NCBI GenBank assembly: GCA_964539425.1
Contig: CAZIII010000002.1
Location: 1 to 63,474, forward strand
Length of the DNA stretch: 63,474 bases
DNA from: an uncultured Tissierellaceae bacterium
GTDB lineage: Bacteria; Bacillota; Clostridia; Tissierellales; Tissierellaceae
Direction of reading: 5' to 3'
The stretch's first letter is position 1. The number at the start of each line of letters is the position of its first letter. Positions 9,499 through 18,011 of the stretch are shown one piece after another. The notes beneath the pieces are model-generated. The model searched no databases. It saw nothing but the letters and a program-made list of their open reading frames with translations, and had not been told where the DNA came from. The position numbers were made by a program, and so were the translations under genes.

Positions 9499-11929
9499 AA
9501 TTCATCCTCCTATCCCAATATAAATATAGTTTTGATAAAATATATGATGATAAATAAAACAATATATATAAAACAAATATCAATAGCTTTTCATCTAAGA
9601 ACTGAATCAATTCTAAATCTTCTTTAATAAAAGGGGTTATCTTCATATCCTCTTTATTTAATTCTATTTTTATCATCCCCATGGTATCAGTTCTATATAA
9701 CTGTGTATTAAGCTCACTGTACCTATCTAATACCTCTTTCTTGGGATGTCCATAGAAATTGTTTCTACCTACAGAAATTATACCAATTTGTGGCTTTAAA
9801 ACATTTAACAATTCTTCTGTAGATGAAGTATTACTTCCATGATGAGGAACCTTAATTATATCTATATTTGAACTAAACTTATCTACTAATCCTAGTTCTA
9901 CATCCCTTTCCATGTCTCCAGTAAAAAGGATTTCATTATTGTAATAATAAAGTAAGAACACTAAGGATAAGTCATTGCTTCCTAGTCCCACATTAAGCAT
10001 ATCTCTATTAGGGCTTAAAACCTGTATTAAAGTATTATCATCCAAATAAATGGTATCTCTTTCCTTTAAGATTTTAATAGCTATTCCTTTACCTTTAATT
10101 ATCTTAAATACTTCATTATCATTATCTTCATAAGAAATTAAAATATTATCTATTTTTATGTTTTCAGTAAGCAAAGGTAAGGCCTTACTATGATCATCAT
10201 CAAAATGAGTAATAAATACTCCCCTTAGTCTATTTATTCCATGTTTTTGTAGATATGGCAAGGTAATACTTTCTCCCACGTCAAATGATTCCATAATACT
10301 TCCACCTGTGTCTATTAAATAATCTCCCTTTTGTGTCCTAATAAGAATACAATCTCCTTGGCCTACATCAATAAAATGTAATTCTATGGACTTATCTTTT
10401 AGCAATGTAACTGAGCTTAATATAATAATTATGATCAAATAGTATATAAGGACTTTTTTAACAGGAGGAGTAAAGCTTTTTACTTTAATAACTCCAAAAA
10501 TTATAAGCATTAAAATATAATATATAATCATCTCACCTACATTTGGTGAATATATCTTAATTATCCCAAAGGGCATGGAATGCAAAGCATTTACTAAATA
10601 AAGCTGAATTGATAAGATTAAATCTAGCAAATAACCTAATATGGGATTAAATATTTGAATCAAATAAGATATTCCTACCATCATTCCACCAATTATCAAT
10701 GCTAATGATAACATTGGAGCAATAACAAGATTTGAAAATATGCTAATGATTGATATATTGTTAAAATAATATGCTTGGACAGGTAATAATCCTATTTGAA
10801 CACCAAACAATCCTGATAAGGAATAGGTTATCTTGTTTTTATAAGGATAGAAAAGCTCTTGAACCTTTGGAGTAATATATATTATTGAAAATGTAGCTAA
10901 AAAAGAAAGTTGAAATCCAAGATTAAATACCCACATAGGATTAAAAATTAGCAATATAAACATGGCAAAGAACAAACTATTAATGGAATCATATGGCTCT
11001 GCCAATATCTGAGCATAGAAGAGAATAGTGAACATTATATTTGCCCTAAGTAATGATGGTGGAAATCCAATAAGGAACCCATAAAACCAAATAATACTTA
11101 AAGATATTAATACATTAGTTTTTCTTTTAACTCCTAAATGAGATAATATATAAATCAAAAATCCCCCTATAATCCCTATATGTAATCCCGAGACTGCAAG
11201 GATATGAGCTAGTCCTAATTCTCTATATTTTAAAATGTTTTCTTCTTCTAAATAAGAATATTCCCCTAGGACTATACTTTTCATCAATGAACTATTAGCT
11301 GGATTTAAATTGCTATCAAATATATTTTCAACATGTTCTCTGAATTTAGATTTTAATTGATATTTAAGTGGTTTATGCGTATTCTCAACACTTTTAATTG
11401 AGTAATCTTTTATGGTTGTTGAGGTATATATTTTGTCAGATAAAAGGCTAAGCCTATAATTAAATAGTTTAGGATTAGTGTTCTCAATGGGAATTTTCAA
11501 CATAGCTGAAAATCTAATCTCATCGCCTATTTCTAGTTTTGTATTGCCAATGATCTTTAATACAAGCTTTTCTTTAACTTCTGTTTGAATTAAATTGTCT
11601 TCAATGCTATTAACTGCAATTATATATTTCCCTTGATCTTCTTCTTCCCAAACTACCTCATGGACTATACCATCTAATATTAAATTCTTCTCTACTCTAT
11701 TTTCTAATTCACTTCTATTTAAATTATAGCTACTAATTAGAGACCCTAAAAATAAAATCATGAAGAACAAGACAAATGAATTACTCTTTCCCCTAAGGAT
11801 ATTTACAATATAGCATAACATTGAAAATATAACTAAGATCAAAATTGAAATCATATCCAAGTTAAAGTAATATGAAAAAAATATCCCTATTATTAAAGGA
11901 ATTGTCATAAAAACAAAAGGTCTCTCCAT
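9488..11929 (-). CDS. comEC: DNA internalization competence protein ComEC/Rec2 (competence channel + metallo-beta-lactamase domain)
   Basis: Multi-TM core (LAHILAVSGLHIG) and a C-terminal MBL fold (HFIDVGQGDCILI ... THFDDDHSKAL ... VPHHGS). Start set at the second ATG (MERPF), preceded by TGGAGG. Confidence 0.9.
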   Translation of the reverse strand: MERPFVFMTIPLIIGIFFSYYFNLDMISILILVIFSMLCYIVNILRGKSNSFVLFFMILFLGSLISSYNLNRSELENRVEKNLILDGIVHEVVWEEEDQGKYIIAVNSIEDNLIQTEVKEKLVLKIIGNTKLEIGDEIRFSAMLKIPIENTNPKLFNYRLSLLSDKIYTSTTIKDYSIKSVENTHKPLKYQLKSKFREHVENIFDSNLNPANSSLMKSIVLGEYSYLEEENILKYRELGLAHILAVSGLHIGIIGGFLIYILSHLGVKRKTNVLISLSIIWFYGFLIGFPPSLLRANIMFTILFYAQILAEPYDSINSLFFAMFILLIFNPMWVFNLGFQLSFLATFSIIYITPKVQELFYPYKNKITYSLSGLFGVQIGLLPVQAYYFNNISIISIFSNLVIAPMLSLALIIGGMMVGISYLIQIFNPILGYLLDLILSIQLYLVNALHSMPFGIIKIYSPNVGEMIIYYILMLIIFGVIKVKSFTPPVKKVLIYYLIIIIILSSVTLLKDKSIELHFIDVGQGDCILIRTQKGDYLIDTGGSIMESFDVGESITLPYLQKHGINRLRGVFITHFDDDHSKALPLLTENIKIDNILISYEDNDNEVFKIIKGKGIAIKILKERDTIYLDDNTLIQVLSPNRDMLNVGLGSNDLSLVFLLYYYNNEILFTGDMERDVELGLVDKFSSNIDIIKVPHHGSNTSSTEELLNVLKPQIGIISVGRNNFYGHPKKEVLDRYSELNTQLYRTDTMGMIKIELNKEDMKITPFIKEDLELIQFLDEKLLIFVLYILFYLSSYILSKLYLYWDRRMNCEL

Positions 11930-11941
11930 GGAAGCCTCCAT

Positions 11942-12022
11942 TTATTTTTTTCTATGTATTCTATTTAAACTCCAATTCAAAAGCAATATACCTATGATAA
12001 CAAAAAAACTGCTATCTAACAT
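11942..12022 (-). CDS. Candidate 26-aa hydrophobic micro-ORF directly upstream of comEC
   Basis: GAGGTG-N7-ATG, translation MLDSSFFVIIGILLLNWSLNRIHRKK. Its stop TAA directly abuts the first in-frame ATG of the comEC ORF. Not in the ORF track because it is too short. Confidence 0.3.
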   Translation of the reverse strand: MLDSSFFVIIGILLLNWSLNRIHRKK

Positions 12023-12138
12023 ACTGGATCACCTCGTATATCATTTATTAGATTATAACATACAAAATTGATTTTTAAGTATTGTTTTTGAGTATTTAAT
12101 GATAAAATAGATTGTAGAATATCAAAGGAGCTGGATAT

Positions 12139-13338
12139 ATGACTAATAAACTTTATTTAGATAATCCTTATTTAAGGGAAATTGATTCTAGAATTATTGA
12201 CAAAACCTATAAAGATGGTAAATATTACTTAAAACTCAATAGAACTATTTTTTATCCTCACCTATCTGGTGGACAACCAGGCGATAAAGGAACTATAAAT
12301 GGTATAGAAGTGTTAGAAGTATATGAAGAGAACTCTGATATAATCCATGTCGTTGGAGATAATATTCAAAGTGATAAGGTAACCTTAAGTATTGATTGGG
12401 AAAATCGATTAGATAATATGCAACAACATACGGGACAGCACATATTATCTGCTGCATTTTATAAATTATACAGTGGTGAAACCGTTGGCTTTCATTTAGG
12501 CCATGACTATGTCTATATTGATGTTACTCTAGCTGATTTAACTGAAGATGAAATGGATAAAATTGAAATATATACAAATAGAATAATATCTTCTAATTTC
12601 GAAATAAAATCCTATTATGTGGAAAAAAATGAAGTAAATAAAATTCCTGTAAGGAAACAGCCCTCTGTGGACTTAAATATTCGTATAGTAGAAATAGATA
12701 ATATAGACTTCTCCCCTTGTGGAGGTACTCACCTACGAAATACTGGGGAAATTGGGATTATTAAAATAAGAAGATGGGAAAAATACAAGGGTAATATTAG
12801 AATAGAATTTGTTTGTGGAAATAGGGCCCTCCTTGACTACAGATGGAAAAATAAATATATAAAAGAAATTGGTGCTTTATTGTCATCAAAGGACACTGAT
12901 GTATTAAACAAAGTTACAGCATTATTTAATCAAAAAGAAGATTTTGAAAAAGAAAATAGAAGTCTTAGAGATGAACTTAATAAATATAAAGGCCAGGAAT
13001 TGTTAAAAAATGCTGATAAGATTAAAACTCTTCCCTTTGTTTATAAGGTATTCGATGATATCTCGCTAAAAGAAATGAATTCTATAGCAGTATATCTAAA
13101 CAACAACTATGACTTAATTCAAATATACGGATCTAAATATGATAATATTGGTCAGTTTTTTGTAAGTATATCAAAGAAATTTGAGGTGAATTTGAAAAAT
13201 ACATTTAAAGAAATTCAGGGTGAATTTGATGTCAAGGGTGGAGGCAGCACAGAAACTGTACAGGGTAAATGTTCTGTAGAAGATTTAGAAGCACTCCTAA
13301 ATATGTTTTTAGAAAAGATAAGAAAAGAAATTAATTAA
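12139..13338 (+). CDS. alaX: Alanyl-tRNA editing protein, AlaX-L type (tRNA synthetase second additional domain + DHHA1-like C-terminus)
   Basis: HTGQHILS (HxxxH) and SPCGGTH (CxxxH) zinc motifs of the AlaRS/ThrRS editing domain. 399 aa with a coiled-coil linker. Confidence 0.8.
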   Translation: MTNKLYLDNPYLREIDSRIIDKTYKDGKYYLKLNRTIFYPHLSGGQPGDKGTINGIEVLEVYEENSDIIHVVGDNIQSDKVTLSIDWENRLDNMQQHTGQHILSAAFYKLYSGETVGFHLGHDYVYIDVTLADLTEDEMDKIEIYTNRIISSNFEIKSYYVEKNEVNKIPVRKQPSVDLNIRIVEIDNIDFSPCGGTHLRNTGEIGIIKIRRWEKYKGNIRIEFVCGNRALLDYRWKNKYIKEIGALLSSKDTDVLNKVTALFNQKEDFEKENRSLRDELNKYKGQELLKNADKIKTLPFVYKVFDDISLKEMNSIAVYLNNNYDLIQIYGSKYDNIGQFFVSISKKFEVNLKNTFKEIQGEFDVKGGGSTETVQGKCSVEDLEALLNMFLEKIRKEIN

Positions 13339-13343
13339 TAGAT

Positions 13344-13375
13344 AAAGGCTAGAGGATGACTGTCCTCTAACCTTT
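13344..13375. terminator. Bidirectional terminator between the convergent alaX and ATPase genes
   Basis: AAAGGCTAGAGGA-tgactg-TCCTCTAACCTTT hairpin with one mismatch and A/T-rich flanks. Confidence 0.65.
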
Positions 13376-13377
13376 AT

Positions 13378-14439
13378 TTATCTGTAACTAATTATCTCAT
13401 TGTATAGCTTTTCACGGATTTCAGCTACTCTTGAGTAGTCAATAGCAGGTTTGTATGATTTTTCAAGAATAAAATGGTTTTTCTTTGCATTGTTTAAGCT
13501 TTCAATCCCTTTTTCTATTAGTTGATTAAATATTATATAGTCTTCTTTATTCAATTTTCTATTATCAAAATAATTGTTTAAATCTATTTTAGTTTTTGCT
13601 AGATTGTCACCATTTTTATTTGAAGTTATTATAGTGTCCAATTCCTTTACAAAAACAGTTTCTACTTTATTTGGTATAAGGGAATCGTAATATACTTCTG
13701 TTTGATAATCTCTATTTCTTGCTTCTTCTAGTACTCTACTTAGTAAAAAAGATTTTCCAGTACCTATTTCTCCATTAATAAAATACATATGCTCCACATA
13801 CTCTAATATTGAGCTTGTATAATCCACATACCCATCTGGTGTATAGGCTGTAGAGAATAGGTGTCTTTCATTGAAACCATTAGATTCCAAATGAATTTTT
13901 CCCTTTGAAAAAATCTTTTCTACCAATAAATTGCTTTGATTCTTGATTTCTCCCATGTCTATATTTGCTTTATTATCCTCTTCTATTCCTTTATAAATAA
14001 CACCCGCCGCCCTCAAATAGTTAAAAGCTTTTCTATAGGCTTCTTTGTTATCCTTTTTAGCTCTTATTATATCTTCCTTACTATTTTTTAGTATATCTGA
14101 GTCTATAAATTGGCCTAGATCAATTATTGTATCTGTTAGACCCGGATACTCAGGATCTATCATGTGTGGTGATGTTCCGTCTACTAAACATACTTTTAAT
14201 TCATCTATAACTATAGCATCTACGGATTCAGGATCAGATGGGCAGTGGTGATATTCTACACTATATCCTGAAGTTGCCATCTTTTCTGCTACTGCCTTCA
14301 TTAGGGAAGATTTCCCTCCTCCTGGCATTCCTTTAAATATATATAGTTTATTTCTATTTTCAGATATTATATTACTGTGTAATGAGTAGAACCCTAGAGA
14401 AGTATTTCCTCCTGGAAACATTCTTCTTATTTTTGCCAT
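13378..14439 (-). CDS. Uncharacterised ATPase with two Walker A motifs (resembles the PRK06851-type hypothetical proteins of spore-formers, from memory)
   Basis: FPGGNTSLGFYS N-terminus, GMPGGGKSSLMK (aa ~37) and GEIGTGKSFLLS (aa ~223). GGAGG SD. No functional assignment possible. Confidence 0.6.
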   Translation of the reverse strand: MAKIRRMFPGGNTSLGFYSLHSNIISENRNKLYIFKGMPGGGKSSLMKAVAEKMATSGYSVEYHHCPSDPESVDAIVIDELKVCLVDGTSPHMIDPEYPGLTDTIIDLGQFIDSDILKNSKEDIIRAKKDNKEAYRKAFNYLRAAGVIYKGIEEDNKANIDMGEIKNQSNLLVEKIFSKGKIHLESNGFNERHLFSTAYTPDGYVDYTSSILEYVEHMYFINGEIGTGKSFLLSRVLEEARNRDYQTEVYYDSLIPNKVETVFVKELDTIITSNKNGDNLAKTKIDLNNYFDNRKLNKEDYIIFNQLIEKGIESLNNAKKNHFILEKSYKPAIDYSRVAEIREKLYNEIISYR

Positions 14440-14562
14440 AATAAAACCTCCTAAAGAATTGTATATATTAATTTATTCCCTTTTAGGTATTATGTGCATA
14501 TAGATGAAAAAGAAGTCCTAGGGGAAGGGAAATTTCTTTTTATAGAGCAAATATTATTATTA

Positions 14563-14590
14563 ACACTTTTTCCATATATCTCATATCTTA
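14563..14590 (+). promoter_or_regulatory. SigK-like promoter of tiny peptide gene 1
   Basis: AC (14563-14564), N17, CATATCTTA (14582-14590) fits AC-N16/17-CATAnnnTA. The same arrangement recurs 321 nt downstream. Confidence 0.4.
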
Positions 14591-14632
14591 ATATGAGAGG
14601 TATAACTCTCAATTAAATAGGAGGTGTTCTTT

Positions 14633-14761
14633 GTGGCTGATAATTTATTAGGTAGAAGAGAATGTAATCAAGTGGATGATTCACTATTGTTTTTCTTTTT
14701 ACTTCTAGTAATTCTTTTCTGCAATGGTGATATACTTGGCGGATTCGGTAGAAGGTGTTAA
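14633..14761 (+). CDS. Tiny hydrophobic peptide, paralog 1 (42 aa)
   Basis: ATAGGAGGTG SD, 6-nt spacer, GTG start. Translation (M)ADNLLGRRECNQVDDSLLFFFLLLVILFCNGDILGGFGRRC, followed by a 13-bp GC-rich terminator stem. Paralogous to 14955-15065. Confidence 0.6.
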   Translation: MADNLLGRRECNQVDDSLLFFFLLLVILFCNGDILGGFGRRC

Positions 14762-14781
14762 GTCCTAGTAAAATAGGAAAT

Positions 14782-14830
14782 GCCCTTCTGTGCTAACTTT
14801 AGCACAGAAGGGCTATCTATTTGTGTTTTA
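14782..14830 (+). terminator. Intrinsic terminator after peptide gene 1
   Basis: GCCCTTCTGTGCT-aacttt-AGCACAGAAGGGC perfect 13-bp stem, then a T-rich tail (TATCTATTTGTGTTTT). Confidence 0.65.
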
Positions 14831-14883
14831 TTATATTAAATAAAGATCCCGAATATATACTCAATATATTTTTATATTTATTA

Positions 14884-14911
14884 ACAATTTATAGCTATTC
14901 CTCATATTGTA
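14884..14911 (+). promoter_or_regulatory. SigK-like promoter of tiny peptide gene 2
   Basis: AC (14884-14885), N17, CATATTGTA (14903-14911). Confidence 0.4.
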
Positions 14912-14954
14912 TTAGGAGAGCTCTTACTCTCTTAATAAATAGGAGGTGCTTACT

Positions 14955-15065
14955 GTGGGTGGTTTATTCGGCGGAAGACGAGAAGGTTGTAATGATACTG
15001 ATACTTCATTACTATTCTTCTTTTTATTGTTAGTAATTATTTTCATGAATTGCGATATGTTTTAA
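14955..15065 (+). CDS. Tiny hydrophobic peptide, paralog 2 (36 aa)
   Basis: ATAGGAGGTG SD, 6-nt spacer, GTG start. Translation (M)GGLFGGRREGCNDTDTSLLFFFLLLVIIFMNCDMF, followed by a terminator. Shares GRRE-x-CN..D.SLLFFFLLLVI.F with paralog 1. Confidence 0.6.
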   Translation: MGGLFGGRREGCNDTDTSLLFFFLLLVIIFMNCDMF

Positions 15066-15074
15066 TTTCACACA

Positions 15075-15108
15075 AGTCGGGGCTTGACCCCGACTCTTTT
15101 AATTTTTA
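15075..15108 (+). terminator. Intrinsic terminator after peptide gene 2
   Basis: AGTCGGGG-cttga-CCCCGACT stem followed by CTTTTAATTTTT. Confidence 0.75.
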
Positions 15109-15220
15109 CAGTTCATTTTTTCTTAAAATGCCTCGGAATATTCAGATTTAAGGCAGGTCAAGTGATTTTATGGCAATAAAACAGGGTCATAGGAAACCTA
15201 CAACCCTTGATAATACTGTG

Positions 15221-15317
15221 TGGCGGGGATATGTGAGAATCGAACTCACCTAGGAAGCTACTAACCCCCCACGCTGGTTTTGAAGACCAGAGGGCCCACC
15301 AGAACCCATCTACCCCC
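15221..15317 (-). tRNA. selC: tRNA-Sec (anticodon UCA), selC
   Basis: Hand fold of the 97-nt minus-strand sequence GGGGGTAGAT-GGGTTC-TGGT-GGGCCC-T-CTGGT-CTTCAAA-ACCAG-(long variable arm)-GTGAG-TTCGATT-CTCAC-ATATCCCC-G-CCA. It shows a 6-bp D-stem with a 4-nt loop, UCA anticodon, long extra arm and encoded CCA. Adjacent to selB/selA/selD. Confidence 0.9.
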
Positions 15318-15335
15318 ACATTGACAACAGACTAT

Positions 15336-15364
15336 ATTATATCTCTTCTTTCGACATTTTACAA
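15336..15364 (-). promoter_or_regulatory. SigA-type promoter of selC
   Basis: Minus strand TTGTAA (15359-15364), 17-nt spacer, TATAAT (15336-15341). The predicted start is about 12 nt before the mature tRNA 5' end. Confidence 0.55.
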
Positions 15365-15381
15365 GTGTTTTTTATTGAAGA

Positions 15382-16074
15382 TTAGGAAATAAAGTTATTA
15401 AAATAATAGCCTTCTCCCCATTTAGTCATTATATATTGGGTTACTGAAGATTCTTCAATTTTTTCTCTAATTCGTCTTATATGAACGTCTATAGTTCTTA
15501 AATCTCCATAATATTCGTATCCCCATACTGATTCTAATAATTCTTCTCTTGTAAAAATTTTCCCAGGATTGGCAATTAGAACAAAGAATAAGTCGAATTC
15601 TTTTCCAGTTAGATTTACATTTTTATCCCCCACAGTAACTTTTCTACCTACTGTGTTAATTGTAAAGTCATGAATCTTAATAATTTGATTATTAATTTCT
15701 ATTGGTTTGTAGTTCATTCTTCTTAATATTGCCTTAATCCTGGCTTTTAATTCCAAAATATTAAAAGGCTTAACAACATAATCATCAGCTCCATATTCTA
15801 AAGCCAATATTTTGCTCATATCTTCATTCTTATTAGTGATTATGATAATTGGTATATGTGAAATATCTCTAATGGCTTGACATATATTCAAGCCATCAGA
15901 GTCTTTTAATACTAAATCTAAAAGTATTAAGTCATAATCATGTTTACTTAATCTATCTAAAACCTCTTTCCCATGATGGATTACATCAAGAGAATATTTA
16001 TCCTGCTCAAGATTATATTTCAATCCCTTTACAAAGGATTTATCACTATCTACTATAAGTAGCTTTGTCTCCAT
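15382..16074 (-). CDS. OmpR-family response regulator (receiver + winged helix), with no cognate kinase in the window
   Basis: LLIVDSD...DLILLDLVLKDSDG...IIIITNK...ADDYVVKPF receiver motifs and a C-terminal LTGKEFDLFFVLIANPGKIFTREELL...RTIDVHIRRIREKI winged helix. Start at METK is preceded by AGAGGTG, 29 nt after the selB stop. Confidence 0.88.
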   Translation of the reverse strand: METKLLIVDSDKSFVKGLKYNLEQDKYSLDVIHHGKEVLDRLSKHDYDLILLDLVLKDSDGLNICQAIRDISHIPIIIITNKNEDMSKILALEYGADDYVVKPFNILELKARIKAILRRMNYKPIEINNQIIKIHDFTINTVGRKVTVGDKNVNLTGKEFDLFFVLIANPGKIFTREELLESVWGYEYYGDLRTIDVHIRRIREKIEESSVTQYIMTKWGEGYYFNNFIS

Positions 16075-16103
16075 ACTTCTCACCTCTTATTAAGTCCTTA
16101 TCC

Positions 16104-18011
16104 TTAGTTTAGTACTCTAATATCCTTATCCCTTTTCGTAATCTTTAATAGATCAAAATATTCAAGAAGTGCTAGACCTACCTTTCTGTTTGTATTCAAT
16201 AGGTCTCTGTACTCCCCAATGGAAATTGAATTATTACTTATTAGATACTCCCTCAATTTAACTAGAGCTAATTCATATGCATCTTTAGATAAATATACTT
16301 CTTCATTTAATTTAACTAAATAGCTACTATTTATCAAAGATATAAAAACTTCATCTACTTCATCTTTATTCATTCCAATTATATCCCCTAGTTCATCTCT
16401 TCTAGGTGGTTGATATGAATTCTTGTTAAAACAATCTAAAATATCTTTTTTGATTTTCAATTGAGTTTCGTTTAGCTTTATCTCAAATCCCTTAAGCATG
16501 ACATTTTCAAGTTTTTGCTCTAAATGTTCATTTTCTATTAATAATTCAATAATTTTATCAGCAAGCTTAGGTTTTGCTTTATTTAGCACTCTGCTTCTTA
16601 TTTCTTCCTTTGGCATCCCTGCTCTTAATGGGTATTTTAAATGATAATTCTTTAATTCATCAATTATTTTATCCCTAACCTTGTTAAAATAACTCATATG
16701 AATAATATACAAGTCCTTTGTTAAAGTAAATAATATAACCTTCCCATCTTCTATTAATTTATTTACTTCTTCCCTTACACTATCTTCAAGCATGGAAGTA
16801 AATACAGCTAATTCCTTTATTGTAGGGAACTCTTTAGATTTCTCTTCTATGATATTCTCTATAATATCAGTGGATGATCCCATTTCCTTTATTTCAAGTT
16901 CTTTTATTGCATTATCATCAAATCTCTTCTTCTTCTTTGGATTAGGCTCTAAAATCTCTCCTCCCCCTATTGTAAACATAGGTGAATAGAATCTTATAAT
17001 AAATCTATCTCCTCTTTTAGCTACCACTTCTTCTTCAAGTCTTAGCTGCGCATATGCTTCTTCGCCAGATTCTAAGTATTCTTTGTCAAGTAATACAATA
17101 CGACATAACACTTCCTTGGTTCCTATATATAACCTTAATCTAGTCCTATTATCAATACTTTTAGCCATATTTTTAATAAGCTTAATCTTTACATCAAGCA
17201 TCATGGTATCTCTCATGGAATTGACAGGTGCAATGGTACTTCCCCTATCTATATCATCCTTCTTTAATCCAGCTAAGTTTATTGCCACTCTTTGACCACC
17301 ATAAGCAATTTGCGCATCTTCATCATGGACTTGCAGTGTTCTTATCCTTGCTGTCTTTTCCCCAGGAAATATTTGTACCTCGTCTCCTACATTTAGTTTT
17401 CCAGATAATAAAGTTCCAGTAGCTACAGTTCCAAATCCTGATATTGTAAATACTCTATCTACAGGAAGTCTAGGCATGTCATATACATTTTTATCTTCTA
17501 GATTCTCTGCTAATTCATCTATAAGATTAACTATAGTGTCTATACCACTCTTTGTAGTAGAAGATGCTCTTATAATTGGAGAGTTTTCAAGGAATGTACC
17601 TTTTACTTCATCTCTTACTTCCTCTTCTACCATATCAATCCATTCATCTTCTACTAAATCTGATTTCGTAAGAACAATAAATCCTTTTTTTATTCCTAAC
17701 AAATCCAGTATAGATATATGTTCTGATGTCTGAGGCATAATACCTTCATCTGCTGCCACAACTAGTATTACAATATCTATACCCATAACTCCTGCAAGCA
17801 TATTCTTAATAAATTTTTCATGTCCTGGTACATCAATTATGCCAGCCCTCTGTCCAGAGGGTAAATCAAAGTAGGTAAAACCCAATTCAATTGATATGCC
17901 TCTTTCTTGTTCTTCCTTCAATCTATCTGTATTTCTTCCAGTGATAGCTCTAATTAAAGTAGTTTTTCCATGATCTATATGTCCTGCTGTTCCTATAATT
18001 ACATGTTTCAT
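16104..18011 (-). CDS. selB: Selenocysteine-specific elongation factor SelB
   Basis: [24 protein letters not shown] and TKSD GTPase motifs. 635 aa with C-terminal winged-helix repeats. Directly follows selA. Confidence 0.9.
   Translation of the reverse strand: MKHVIIGTAGHIDHGKTTLIRAITGRNTDRLKEEQERGISIELGFTYFDLPSGQRAGIIDVPGHEKFIKNMLAGVMGIDIVILVVAADEGIMPQTSEHISILDLLGIKKGFIVLTKSDLVEDEWIDMVEEEVRDEVKGTFLENSPIIRASSTTKSGIDTIVNLIDELAENLEDKNVYDMPRLPVDRVFTISGFGTVATGTLLSGKLNVGDEVQIFPGEKTARIRTLQVHDEDAQIAYGGQRVAINLAGLKKDDIDRGSTIAPVNSMRDTMMLDVKIKLIKNMAKSIDNRTRLRLYIGTKEVLCRIVLLDKEYLESGEEAYAQLRLEEEVVAKRGDRFIIRFYSPMFTIGGGEILEPNPKKKKRFDDNAIKELEIKEMGSSTDIIENIIEEKSKEFPTIKELAVFTSMLEDSVREEVNKLIEDGKVILFTLTKDLYIIHMSYFNKVRDKIIDELKNYHLKYPLRAGMPKEEIRSRVLNKAKPKLADKIIELLIENEHLEQKLENVMLKGFEIKLNETQLKIKKDILDCFNKNSYQPPRRDELGDIIGMNKDEVDEVFISLINSSYLVKLNEEVYLSKDAYELALVKLREYLISNNSISIGEYRDLLNTNRKVGLALLEYFDLLKITKRDKDIRVLN

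Noticed and set aside
14821-15033. 70-aa plus-strand ORF from the track (MCFIILNKDPEY...) in the ATPase-selC gap
   Set aside because: It starts with no SD, runs through the promoter, UTR hairpin and SD of peptide cassette 2, and is out of frame with the conserved peptide. The paralogy between the two cassettes appears only in the GTG-initiated short frames.
15180-15210. Terminator for selC (AGGGT-N15-ACCCT followed by UUUUAUU on the minus strand)
   Set aside because: The stem is only 5 bp with a large loop. That is too weak to annotate, although the U-run is suggestive.
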